The notes: generated by a model from the letters alone, not told the origin. A stretch of 64,000 nt of DNA from a virus (IMGVR_UViG_3300011423_000006:1-64000); one strand, 5' to 3'; counted from the first letter of the stretch, positions 28,829 to 37,784 are shown. Program-made: numbers and translations.

Positions 28829-29683
28829 TTATACTATTCTATTTACACTATTTCTCGCAACCCATTCATATTCCGCTATTTCGGAAACTCTGTCAACTAT
28901 CTTTTTTTTGTCCGCCGCATACAACCCCGCCGAAGAAAACGAAGTCAACTCCAACAGCCAATAATCCCCATCGGCATCCTGACATATATCTACACAAAAA
29001 ACCGAGTCTGGAAAATATTTAACATTCAAAACTTCCTCGCATAACGCTATAGCCCCAAACGGGGCGCTAGGAATTAATGTTTTTTGACCCTGAAACATAT
29101 ACGTTGAAGAAGCTATAATTTCACCCCGATTATATTTTGAGCACACAAACCGCCATTCTCCCGTAACAATTTTAGGAGTTGATACAATAACTATGTCCTC
29201 GTCCTTGGCGCTACAAGCAACTGCATTATTCCAAAAACGATCAAAATCCTGTAAATCTAATAATTGCCCCGAGAATGGTTTGTCTCCTGAATCCGGCCTG
29301 ATAAAAATCAAGGCTTCTTTACCAAATTCGCAATAAATTTCAAATTTATTTTCTTGTAACTCTTTAACTCTAAAAAACTTACGCCTATCATTAAATAAAA
29401 ATTTATCTAAATCAGAATAATAAGCAGAACAATAATATTTCTCCCATGAATTATAAGCGATAGGAAAACAATTTTGGGGCAATCTATTTCTAATGTTTTT
29501 AGTCATTTGAATAGAACCTTGGACAATTACGCAATCCCCTTCATTATATCCACTAGGATCAAAATCGAAATGATTATGACGGCCAATAACAAAACATTCT
29601 CGTCCGCTATCGCGAACATTTTTAATTAAATCGCGATAATCCTCGGAATCTGTAAAATTCTCAATGATCCATTTACATTTCAT
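28829..29683 (-). CDS. ATP-grasp protein (R2K/DUF4343-like)
   Basis: FIRPDSGDKPFSG, EWRF, VDI, LLEL.SFSSAGLY. Confidence 0.8.
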   Translation of the reverse strand: MKCKWIIENFTDSEDYRDLIKNVRDSGRECFVIGRHNHFDFDPSGYNEGDCVIVQGSIQMTKNIRNRLPQNCFPIAYNSWEKYYCSAYYSDLDKFLFNDRRKFFRVKELQENKFEIYCEFGKEALIFIRPDSGDKPFSGQLLDLQDFDRFWNNAVACSAKDEDIVIVSTPKIVTGEWRFVCSKYNRGEIIASSTYMFQGQKTLIPSAPFGAIALCEEVLNVKYFPDSVFCVDICQDADGDYWLLELTSFSSAGLYAADKKKIVDRVSEIAEYEWVARNSVNRIV

Positions 29684-30192
29684 TTCAACAAACTCCTAAC
29701 CCTCATTAATATTTTCCCTAAATTATTTTCTCCCGCGTTAGTCTTAACATCATACCCCCAAATTTTATCGCCCCAATGATTTGTTTCCTCTAAATACCTA
29801 TCACCCGTTGCCAACAATTTTTCTTTTAAACCAGAGTTTTCATTAAATTTCTGTAAATTAAACCAAAACATAAAATCAAATTTTACTGTTTCCCAATCGT
29901 CTCGTAATTTTATGGTTCGACCTAACTTCTTGGCTTCGGCGGGTTTTAAATCAATAAATTTTTTCTGATCGTCTTCATCCAAAGACTTCGCCGCCATGAA
30001 AGCATTTTCTACATAATGAAACTCAAATCCATTATAACTAATCGGATAAAAACAAGGCCAAAAATTACTCAAAAACCGATAATCACCAAAAAATCCCTTG
30101 ATCCATTTATCATTATGTTCGGCGTAATTCTTCCAGTCGCCAAATTTATAAGGAGGATCGTTCCACATTATATCACTCATTTGTATTTCCAA
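29680..30192 (-). CDS. NADAR family protein
   Basis: FLSNFW, E..F.A.K, AKKLGR, KF, LL.TG...LEE...WGD..WG, G.N.LG..LM.VR. Confidence 0.9.
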   Translation of the reverse strand: MEIQMSDIMWNDPPYKFGDWKNYAEHNDKWIKGFFGDYRFLSNFWPCFYPISYNGFEFHYVENAFMAAKSLDEDDQKKFIDLKPAEAKKLGRTIKLRDDWETVKFDFMFWFNLQKFNENSGLKEKLLATGDRYLEETNHWGDKIWGYDVKTNAGENNLGKILMRVRSLLK

Positions 30193-30453
30193 ATATTTTC
30201 AAACGTTATTCTAATAAAAATTTTATTATTATCGTAAATTAAATAATAACCAGCATGATAAAATCCAGTGGGGCGCGATTGTATATCGCTCATATTTTAG
30301 TGCGCGTAATATTAGAAATTATTGTATAATTAGTTATAATTGGATCGTTTGTACCTATTTGCTCAAACTTATAAACCCTCGTATATGATCTTTCATGGGA
30401 AACCATACATCCAATACCAATAATCACCCCAAAAAATAATAAAATTAACTTTT

Positions 30454-30657
30454 TCATTCTTCGGAACTTCTCGCATCCGACTCATTCCAAGCTTGTTTAA
30501 AGCCGTCAAAAAAATAACCGGCCCGTTCTTCCCAAACTCCATTACTGGATTTTTTATAAGGATTTAACTTATAAATATCAGCCCCCGGCACAAAAGCTCG
30601 CGCCCCTTCTTGTTTAAATGCTTCAATTTCTTCAATAGTATAATTATTCATAAACAA
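30454..30657 (-). CDS. hypothetical protein
   Basis: G..AF...NPY motif. Confidence 0.5.
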   Translation of the reverse strand: MFMNNYTIEEIEAFKQEGARAFVPGADIYKLNPYKKSSNGVWEERAGYFFDGFKQAWNESDARSSEE

Positions 30658-30931
30658 TCACTTTCTTTTCAACGGGAAAAACTTCTGTAAAATCAGGATC
30701 ACTATATTCATACGGCTTCTCCTCTTGGACTTCTGTTGCCGCCCGAGAATAATTATCTCTAAAAAATTTCCCGTCGCTCTTTCTTTTAACTACAATTTCA
30801 CAATCAATAGACCAACGCCGCTTGTCAATAATATTATCTGAAATCGTCTCATAATCTTCATGATCGCCCCAAACAATATTTCGCGCTTCCTCAACGGTCA
30901 AATCTAATTTTAATCTTTCTTTTACGTCCAT
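30644..30931 (-). CDS. conserved phage protein
   Basis: RWS...VK..DGKFF...ATE.QE. Confidence 0.65.
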   Translation of the reverse strand: MDVKERLKLDLTVEEARNIVWGDHEDYETISDNIIDKRRWSIDCEIVVKRKSDGKFFRDNYSRAATEVQEEKPYEYSDPDFTEVFPVEKKVIVYE

Positions 30932-31659
30932 AAATAATCCCTGTATTTTATTAAATCAATTAAAATATTTGTTTCTTCGTCCTCTAACAAAGTTTCTAAT
31001 AAAGAAAGTCTCGCTCGTTTTTCTATCCGCTCAGGAGTGTCTTCGCGATTAAAACAAGATAAAATATCTCCACCTTCTTCGCACCCATATAATTCATGCA
31101 ATAAATCACTAATTACTTTTTCCTTAGCCTTCTTGTCTTGCTTAAACCAATTATAAGCACGTTCAATAACCTTTTTAGCCGCCTGATCCCTCTCGTCACT
31201 ATTCCAATAAGGGTCTTCTTGATAAAAACGTTCTAATATTTTCTCAAAAGCTTGAAGCAATTCGGCACTTGGATTATTATACCGAGGATCGTCTCTTAAT
31301 TTCAAAACATGATAACGCCGCCAAAAAAGACATTTCCAATAATAAACAAATTCCCGCCAGCGGACTCTCAAAAATCTTAGTTCCCCGCCAATCGTTTCTC
31401 TAAAAAAATATTGAACGGGAAAATTAGTTTTTAAATAATCCCGCCACTTTCTCCATTCCCCCATCTCTAAAGCATAAGGCTCGCGATAAAACACTCCCCA
31501 TTTAAATCGTCGCGCTTCAGGAAGCTTTAAAAACTTCTCCACTGTGTCCATATCCTCAATATCCCTGTTTTTCTCGCTCCGCGCAAGTATTTTTTCAAGT
31601 TTTGTCATGCTCGCAAATCGTATGACCACATTTTTGACATAACGGCTCAGTTTCCGCAA
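30922..31659 (-). CDS. hypothetical protein (start probably 31608)
   Basis: Trp-rich, ends YLWT. Confidence 0.6.
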   Translation of the reverse strand: MRKLSRYVKNVVIRFASMTKLEKILARSEKNRDIEDMDTVEKFLKLPEARRFKWGVFYREPYALEMGEWRKWRDYLKTNFPVQYFFRETIGGELRFLRVRWREFVYYWKCLFWRRYHVLKLRDDPRYNNPSAELLQAFEKILERFYQEDPYWNSDERDQAAKKVIERAYNWFKQDKKAKEKVISDLLHELYGCEEGGDILSCFNREDTPERIEKRARLSLLETLLEDEETNILIDLIKYRDYLWT

Positions 31660-31999
31660 AAGTCAAGGACTTCCAGTATGTATGTCCATGCCGCCTCGCC
31701 GCCCGAAATTCCATCAACCACAAAACACACCGCAAACAAAAAATAACAAATACATTTTCTAAAGACCAAATTTGATTTTGTAAATACCTTAAGCGCTCTA
31801 AAAGAGCGCGGACTACACTTTGAACTGTTGTCCCCGGATACGCGTTTTCGTTCCCCGGAAAACGCTCCGGGTTTTGTAAATCACATCGTTTAACAAAGGT
31901 AAGAGTTTGATAAAACCGCCCGGTAAAATTACCAATTTGTTCATCATCATCCAAAGATAATAATTCATATCTATGGCCTTTATCTAAAACTTCGTTCAT
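31595..31999 (-). CDS. Acb2/Tad1-like helical-hairpin protein (candidate nucleotide sponge)
   Basis: GHRYEL, LTFVK, GTT...V...L.ERL..LQ.....EN...I..L...LWLM..R..RR pattern. Confidence 0.45.
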   Translation of the reverse strand: MNEVLDKGHRYELLSLDDDEQIGNFTGRFYQTLTFVKRCDLQNPERFPGNENAYPGTTVQSVVRALLERLRYLQNQIWSLENVFVIFCLRCVLWLMEFRAARRHGHTYWKSLTFAETEPLCQKCGHTICEHDKT

Positions 32000-32274
32000 A
32001 AATTAAAACAAGTTTCTACAATAGTAATTGTACTGGGATTTATATGTTCTCTTTTATCCGTAAACAAAATACATTCCTGATCATTACAATAAGTAATATA
32101 TTTATCTGTAACCGCTTTTCTCCACCAAGTATTATTATTTTCAACCAACCATTGGTCGAATTTTTCACTTACATCTTGGTAATGATCCGAAATAAAAGCA
32201 ACATCTCCGTCTCCACCTTCAGCTAAACAAGCCGTTTCTAAAAAATTAAATAAACTTTCATCATAAGTTCTCAT
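31996..32274 (-). CDS. hypothetical protein
   Basis: GGDGD motif. Confidence 0.55.
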   Translation of the reverse strand: MRTYDESLFNFLETACLAEGGDGDVAFISDHYQDVSEKFDQWLVENNNTWWRKAVTDKYITYCNDQECILFTDKREHINPSTITIVETCFNL

Positions 32275-32275
32275 A

Positions 32276-32746
32276 TTAATCCTTCTTGCAAATTAAAACT
32301 TTAATATCATTATTAAAAACACTTCTGATCATTGTTTCGCAAATATTCCAATCTCCGCCCGCTAAATTACATCCCATTTTATAAGGAATTCCAACCGTCA
32401 TTTTCTCCTTACCAGAACGCATGATATAATCTTTAATATATTCTAAACCATTATAATATGCTTCATAATCAGTATATCGTCTGTCCCGCCCGTAATAATA
32501 CTGACCATACATATTATAAACAACTTTAATTCTGGTATCCGGTCTACGAATACAACAAAAACTGGCGGTACCTAATTTGTTTCTATCTCCTTTGATTGTT
32601 TTGCAATCAGCTTCATAAACTTCAGGAAACCGCGCCCGAATATCCTTGGCAATACCCGAGCCCATTGTATTCTGGCAATTTGCCTGATGGATCAAAATGT
32701 CAATCGGGGCCTCGAAAATATCTCCATTATAATATTCAACACTCAT
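32276..32746 (-). CDS. macro domain protein (ADP-ribose hydrolase)
   Basis: GDIF, HQANCQNTMGSGIA, NMYGQ, PYKMGCNLAGGDW; true start 32746 lies after a terminator. Confidence 0.88.
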   Translation of the reverse strand: MSVEYYNGDIFEAPIDILIHQANCQNTMGSGIAKDIRARFPEVYEADCKTIKGDRNKLGTASFCCIRRPDTRIKVVYNMYGQYYYGRDRRYTDYEAYYNGLEYIKDYIMRSGKEKMTVGIPYKMGCNLAGGDWNICETMIRSVFNNDIKVLICKKD

Positions 32747-32752
32747 AAATTT

Positions 32753-32788
32753 AAAAAGAGGACGGCTTACTAGCACGTAAGCCGCCCC
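32753..32788 (-). terminator. terminator closing the ncRNA transcript
   Basis: ggggcggcttac-gtgcta-gtaagccgtcct then ctttt. Confidence 0.8.
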
Positions 32789-33079
32789 GGTAATATATTT
32801 AATTATATTCGAATTGTGGCATTTTATACTATAAATTAAAAAATACAATTAGAAACTAAAATTAACCTCAAGGTCTTACTGTTAAACGACCCGTTCATTT
32901 AAATTTAATGGCGAACAGGAAGGGAATTGCACCCTCATCACAGAGCATAATTCTAATTATTTTTTAACTTTCACAACTCTAGTTTTAAGCCTTCGGGTAA
33001 TAACCTGAACTTGAATGAGTTAACTTAACCCTTAGCTTGAGCTTGGATCGTTAGGGCATCGCCCCAAACATACCCGAAA
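32755..33079 (-). ncRNA. structured RNA with circularly permuted tRNA-like domain and hexamer-repeat domain
   Basis: T-arm GAGGG/TGCAATT/CCCTT, acceptor CCTGTTC-G-CCA, 12-nt linker, GAACGGG, D-arm GTTT/AACAGTA/AGAC, long closing stem. Confidence 0.75.
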
Positions 33080-33823
33080 TTATTCCTTAAATACAAAATC
33101 CAATAACTTTTTACCAATTTGAGCGGTTGAGTCCACTACAACTTCATTGGCGCGAGAACGGGCCGAACGAATTGCCCGCACTAAAATATCAATACGAGAC
33201 AAAATATTGGCCTTCTCCAAAGGCGTAATCATTCCAGACCATTCTTGCTCGGTAATCTTACCTACCGGCACATCCTCAGAAACAATCTCCGTTTGGGCCG
33301 GATGTTCTTTAGTCGCCTCATACTTAACTAAAACTCTATTAGTTTTCTTGGTCCGAATCTTGTTAATATCGCGAGCAACATACACCCCCTGATTTGCGTC
33401 CATCGTAAACCCTTTAGTTGGGTCCAAAGTTGGAATATGATGGGCTAATTGCTGAACTTCATTTACCCTCTTTTCCAATTCAAGCAAAGAAGTAGCCGGA
33501 ACATCCTTCGCTAAAATATCTCCACCTTCCAAAATAATATCAGCTTTAGCAACAGTGTTTGCTTTAGCTACTTGAAAACCCGCGTCAATAGCTTTGGCAA
33601 TATGGTCCGAAATCCATTTTAATTCCTTGACAACAGTAGTTTGAATGTCTAATTGTTGTTCGATAACCGGCGCAATTTTTTCGTCAGTAGGAAAAAAGGT
33701 AGTAATCTTCTTTTCCATTAAATGGCGCTTTTTCTCGAAAGTGTTTTGTAACTCGGCGCGGCATTTATTTGCCTGAGTCTCCAAATTTCCTTCGACCGCT
33801 AATAGTTCATGTAGTTTTCCCAT
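33080..33823 (-). CDS. conserved hypothetical protein (DUF7873-like; family name from memory)
   Basis: KLHELLAVE, AN..AKADI, VPAT.LL.LEK, IPTLDP, RTKK...LV.YEATKEHPAQ...EDV.VG.....WSG, AR..AN. Confidence 0.7.
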   Translation of the reverse strand: MGKLHELLAVEGNLETQANKCRAELQNTFEKKRHLMEKKITTFFPTDEKIAPVIEQQLDIQTTVVKELKWISDHIAKAIDAGFQVAKANTVAKADIILEGGDILAKDVPATSLLELEKRVNEVQQLAHHIPTLDPTKGFTMDANQGVYVARDINKIRTKKTNRVLVKYEATKEHPAQTEIVSEDVPVGKITEQEWSGMITPLEKANILSRIDILVRAIRSARSRANEVVVDSTAQIGKKLLDFVFKE

Positions 33824-33831
33824 ATATTTTA

Positions 33832-33859
33832 ATATTAAACCGAATCTCAATTAAATCAA
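33832..33859 (-). promoter_or_regulatory. sigma70-like promoter for the protein plus ncRNA unit
   Basis: TTGATT-16-TAATAT, 8 nt to ATG. Confidence 0.55.
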
Positions 33860-33874
33860 GAGTTATTTTCGTCT

Positions 33875-34396
33875 TTATTTCTTAATCATCGCCTCAATCA
33901 ATGGCTTCAATTTAGGAATTAACTTTAATTGTATAGCCTGATCGAAAGGATAAAGTATCCAATCTGTATGCTTGTGCGGCTCGGTATTTCTAGGCACTTC
34001 TCCCGGTCTCAACCAAACTTTGTAAATATATTCAATTTTTGCCGTAGGCTCTTTGTCGCTTACTTCCGCTAATTCATAACGATTATCTTGAAAAATATCA
34101 AGCCCCGTTTCCTCTAAAAGTTCACGCTTTGCGCCCTCCAATGGATTTTTCAATTCATCGCCCTCTAATTTACCACCGGGAACGCAATAATAATCCTTAT
34201 ACGTGCGGCACGTTTCCAACCGCTTGGATAAAAATACCTTATTTAAATCTTTAATTGCTATAATACAAACCGTCGCCTCATAAAGCTTAACATTATCTTC
34301 GTTAACTACGGCGGGCTCTACTTTAAATGGATTGGCCGTTTTAAAATTTAACAAATCAATTAATTCTTGGGCCGCGCCCTCAAAAAATAATTTCAT
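33875..34396 (-). CDS. NUDIX hydrolase
   Basis: PGGKLE....AKRELLEETGL Nudix box; EPHKHTDW. Confidence 0.88.
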   Translation of the reverse strand: MKLFFEGAAQELIDLLNFKTANPFKVEPAVVNEDNVKLYEATVCIIAIKDLNKVFLSKRLETCRTYKDYYCVPGGKLEGDELKNPLEGAKRELLEETGLDIFQDNRYELAEVSDKEPTAKIEYIYKVWLRPGEVPRNTEPHKHTDWILYPFDQAIQLKLIPKLKPLIEAMIKK

Positions 34397-34644
34397 ATTT
34401 TACTATTTTCTTGAATATAATTCGCTAATTTTAAAGCATCTTCCTTGGTCAACATAATATCGTCCCCCCAAGGATTACCGGTTTTAATAATTTCCCATAT
34501 CCAACGAATACGATTCTGCCAACTTAAAACCCCGTTACGTCCCCTTTGCCAAATAGTGATATTACAATCCTTAAATTCTTCATCATATTGACACTCCAAC
34601 ATTGACCCATAACATTGGCATTTTAAATAAATAGGCTCTTTCAT
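34393..34644 (-). CDS. hypothetical protein
   Basis: Co-oriented ORF. Confidence 0.55.
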   Translation of the reverse strand: MKEPIYLKCQCYGSMLECQYDEEFKDCNITIWQRGRNGVLSWQNRIRWIWEIIKTGNPWGDDIMLTKEDALKLANYIQENSKI

Positions 34645-34829
34645 TTCGGATTCCTAATATCGAATATATCTACTCTAACCAACATCGTTCCTTTACGCAA
34701 TAAAAAAGTATCGGGGTCAATTACTTCTAAAACTTCTCCAAACCATTCCTCATCGTTTTTAACCACCATTACGGTTTTACCAAGCAAACGCGCATTTACT
34801 TCCATTCTTTCTTGCTCTTTTTCTGTCAT
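34641..34829 (-). CDS. small SH3/Sm-like protein
   Basis: LLGKTV.V....W.GEV..VID...VDIFDIR. Confidence 0.45.
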   Translation of the reverse strand: MTEKEQERMEVNARLLGKTVMVVKNDEEWFGEVLEVIDPDTFLLRKGTMLVRVDIFDIRNPK

Positions 34830-35125
34830 ACTGGCACTACATCATTAATTTTAAGATTTTTAATTAATTCCAACTCTTTTGTAAAATATTTTGTTTTTTC
34901 TTCTATTACTAATTTAAAAATTTTTTCCGCGTCTTTCTCGGAAATAGATTCATGTCCACCTACAGAATTGCAAGTCATACACCAATTTTGTTCTGCTTCA
35001 TCAAAACAAATCATCGGATCGTAAGGATCAATGCCCCCGCAATGTTCGCACCAAGAATCTTTACAAATTTTAATATAAATTTTAGGTAATATTTTGGGCA
35101 ACGTTTTCTCAGTGAATATTTTCAT
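34826..35125 (-). CDS. zinc-binding hypothetical protein
   Basis: CEHC...CMTC. Confidence 0.5.
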   Translation of the reverse strand: MKIFTEKTLPKILPKIYIKICKDSWCEHCGGIDPYDPMICFDEAEQNWCMTCNSVGGHESISEKDAEKIFKLVIEEKTKYFTKELELIKNLKINDVVPV

Positions 35126-35127
35126 AA

Positions 35128-35586
35128 TTAGAAGTATCGATTAACAGTGTTTTCTAAAATTGCTACTAAATCTTCGCTCATATTAAACCGAGTTTTATTA
35201 TGCTCAATGGATTTATGAATATTACCATTCTTGTTCCGCTTTGTCGCCGCGCTCCAATCGGCTAACATTTCAACAACATCTAAAATATCCATTCCCCGGA
35301 TTCCTGAACTGAAATGTTCAGGATGGTGACGGTTCTTGGAATAATGATGATCAATCGCGGGCTTTACTTTTTCTAATAATTTCTTATATTCCTCGGACCC
35401 ATATTCTACTTTCCCTAATTCGCCCCCATATTCGCCAAATATTTCCTGTTCGGGACTTTGTAATTTACTCGCATCATGGTCTTTGGCTCGTTGAATCAAA
35501 TCCGTAATAAAAATATAAAGATTCGCCCGAACATCATCTATATGTTTTATTGTCTCTAGATTGTTATTTAAGATTTTCTCGTTCAT
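35128..35586 (-). CDS. DUF5662 (HD-like) protein
   Basis: HI..V, HDASK, HHY..NRHHPEH, EM.ADW. Confidence 0.8.
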   Translation of the reverse strand: MNEKILNNNLETIKHIDDVRANLYIFITDLIQRAKDHDASKLQSPEQEIFGEYGGELGKVEYGSEEYKKLLEKVKPAIDHHYSKNRHHPEHFSSGIRGMDILDVVEMLADWSAATKRNKNGNIHKSIEHNKTRFNMSEDLVAILENTVNRYF

Positions 35587-35600
35587 ATTTAAAGTATAAT

Positions 35601-36164
35601 CTATTTCTCCGCCAAACTCAAGTCATTATTTAAAACCAATTCTACGTTCTTTTCCTCGATAAACACTCCGCATCCCTCTATTTTTAAACAGTTGTCATCA
35701 GGATAAACTTCTAATAAAACATGAGATTTGACGTTTTCTAAATAGGCAGGGCAATAATCATATTCACCCCAATAATCATAACCGCCGCTTCCTGATTGAT
35801 AAACACCGGTACGAACCACCTTTTTAGTAAAAACCCTAAAAATTTGATTTAAACATTCCTCTTTCCTCTCGACAAAAATTTTCCGTTCCGACCCTCCAAA
35901 ACCACGCTTCTTTACCGTCCGATATGCTAATCTATAAATAATATCATCATACCAATCCGCCTCATTCGTATTTAATAAAAATTCACTAGGTCCAGCCCCC
36001 AAACCAAAAGTATTTAAAAAATCTCTAATTAATTTAATTTGGTCTGGATTATTTCTAATTTCATCTACAACTATTTGCGGCGTAAGTGAATAACCCACCC
36101 TCGTCATAAACTCAGGATTAATAATTCTTACTTTATCTCCCGCTTTAAATACATGTTTTTTCAT
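35601..36164 (-). CDS. hypothetical protein
   Basis: Co-oriented ORF. Confidence 0.6.
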   Translation of the reverse strand: MKKHVFKAGDKVRIINPEFMTRVGYSLTPQIVVDEIRNNPDQIKLIRDFLNTFGLGAGPSEFLLNTNEADWYDDIIYRLAYRTVKKRGFGGSERKIFVERKEECLNQIFRVFTKKVVRTGVYQSGSGGYDYWGEYDYCPAYLENVKSHVLLEVYPDDNCLKIEGCGVFIEEKNVELVLNNDLSLAEK

Positions 36165-36760
36165 AACACTCTCGCGGGACTATAAATTTCCATTGTATTT
36201 AAATCAATATGAAAACTATTTTTATCACCTTTTTGTTTAATAAATTTTCTCATTGTATCCATTGTGCCGCCGTCTTTTAACAGGTCTTTTTCTCCAAAAG
36301 TCAAAGCAATTAAATAATCAGAATCCCGCGCCACCAAACTATTTCGCTCAAAAAATCCATTGCTCACTGTAATTTCCGCCCCTTTTCTAATCACTTCTCC
36401 AATTTGTCTCAACGACTTCCATTCATAAGCAGAAACCTTTTCACTAAATTTTAAATGATAATAATTGGCTGTTTTCGCTGTTTGGTCGCCTTCAAAATAT
36501 CCCAATTCTAAACTAAACTTACATGGTAAATGTAAAAGCAAATTATTAGCATATTGTCTGTAATATAAAGAAACTGCAATATGATCTGCCCAACCCGCGC
36601 CCCCCGAAACCAACGTTAAATTACCATCAAAACCCGAAATATTAAAAATCAAAGAATCAATGACTGATTGTGTCGCCGCCCTCATTTGCTCCCATTTTTC
36701 TTGATCCAGTTTGGCCGAGTCCGAGCCTCGACCAGCGCTCCCTATGATTCCTATATTCAT
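36161..36760 (-). CDS. SLOG family protein
   Basis: IGIIGSAGR, LVSGGAGWADH, FFERN..VA..SD..IA, GGT. Confidence 0.75.
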   Translation of the reverse strand: MNIGIIGSAGRGSDSAKLDQEKWEQMRAATQSVIDSLIFNISGFDGNLTLVSGGAGWADHIAVSLYYRQYANNLLLHLPCKFSLELGYFEGDQTAKTANYYHLKFSEKVSAYEWKSLRQIGEVIRKGAEITVSNGFFERNSLVARDSDYLIALTFGEKDLLKDGGTMDTMRKFIKQKGDKNSFHIDLNTMEIYSPARVL

Positions 36761-37350
36761 TAATATTTAAAACGAAAAATATTCTTATAAATCCAAACTG
36801 CTTTACTATGTCCCAAAAACCAAAAAAGTAAACACAAAACCCCTCGTTTGATTAAAAATATACCCTCTTGCTTATAATTTAAAGCTAACTGATTAGCCAG
36901 AACATGACACCGCCGCACAAATTGATTTTCAAGCCCCTTTCCCTTCTGAATATGATCTTTATATTTATGAAAAAGCAAAGCTATATTCGTGGACTTAGAA
37001 TAAGTTTTGTAACCAAATTCCCGTTCTTGCTCAGAATTACAATACCAATCGCAAATTGCCCCATTATCAGGAGTAGAAAATTTAAAAGTTTCAATATTTT
37101 TAGCTTGAAGTAGTCGAATAATTTCAGGGCGAATAAAATCAAATAATCCACCATCATCTATCCAAGTAATTTCTACATAAGGCTCAAAAAAATACCATTT
37201 TTCCTCTACCGCATATTTCTTTAAAATACCAAAAACATCTTGAATCAACTCAATATATTGCGTGCAACTCTTAAAATTATCATGATAATCAATCCCCTCA
37301 CCCCCAAAAGTAACTCTATAATTATTGATTCTCATAAAAGACATTTCCAA
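36760..37350 (-). CDS. hypothetical protein
   Basis: Co-oriented ORF. Confidence 0.55.
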   Translation of the reverse strand: MEMSFMRINNYRVTFGGEGIDYHDNFKSCTQYIELIQDVFGILKKYAVEEKWYFFEPYVEITWIDDGGLFDFIRPEIIRLLQAKNIETFKFSTPDNGAICDWYCNSEQEREFGYKTYSKSTNIALLFHKYKDHIQKGKGLENQFVRRCHVLANQLALNYKQEGIFLIKRGVLCLLFWFLGHSKAVWIYKNIFRFKY

Positions 37351-37784
37351 ACTTTTTTCGCCACCGGATTAATCCAAATAAATCCTCGCTTCTTTTCAAC
37401 TAATTGTTGCAAAACATTATGCGTGCCGCCTTTATTCCCGTCCCAAACAATAATAGCCATATCCGCCCGCTCGACCATCCAACTATTTTTAACATCTTTA
37501 TGTTCAGCCGCCGCCTCAATCATTTGCTGCCGATTCCACTTATCAGCGTCCAACATGTATTCATCTTGCCCCTCGAAAGGCACGCACGCAATATAAGGAA
37601 TATCTAAAAAATTACAAGCTTCGCAAAACCATAAATCTACCCCATCGGCCATCCCTGAATAACACAATAATTGACCAACAGAATCATTAATATTTTTTAA
37701 AGCAATTTCGATTTGCTCTTTAATCCAACGATAATCGTAATTCTCTAATTTAGACCGGCGATGCCCCGAAATCATTAATCTCAT
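37332..37784 (-). CDS. SLOG family protein (YspA/DUF1273-like)
   Basis: ISGHR, SGMADGVD, PFEGQ, N.WMV..AD....WDG..GGT. Confidence 0.85.
   Translation of the reverse strand: MRLMISGHRRSKLENYDYRWIKEQIEIALKNINDSVGQLLCYSGMADGVDLWFCEACNFLDIPYIACVPFEGQDEYMLDADKWNRQQMIEAAAEHKDVKNSWMVERADMAIIVWDGNKGGTHNVLQQLVEKKRGFIWINPVAKKVWKCLL

Noticed and set aside
32747-32848. N-terminal extension of the macro ORF in the ORF track
   Set aside because: It overlaps the ncRNA stem and terminator; the macro domain begins at the ATG at 32746.
32873-32936. Canonical tRNA gene or two-piece tmRNA
   Set aside because: The halves are permuted and there is no anticodon loop. The acceptor stem lacks G3-U70 and no tag ORF was seen before the terminator.
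33002-33045. Mini-CRISPR or DGR template repeat
   Set aside because: The units are only 6 nt without spacers, and no reverse transcriptase is present in the window.
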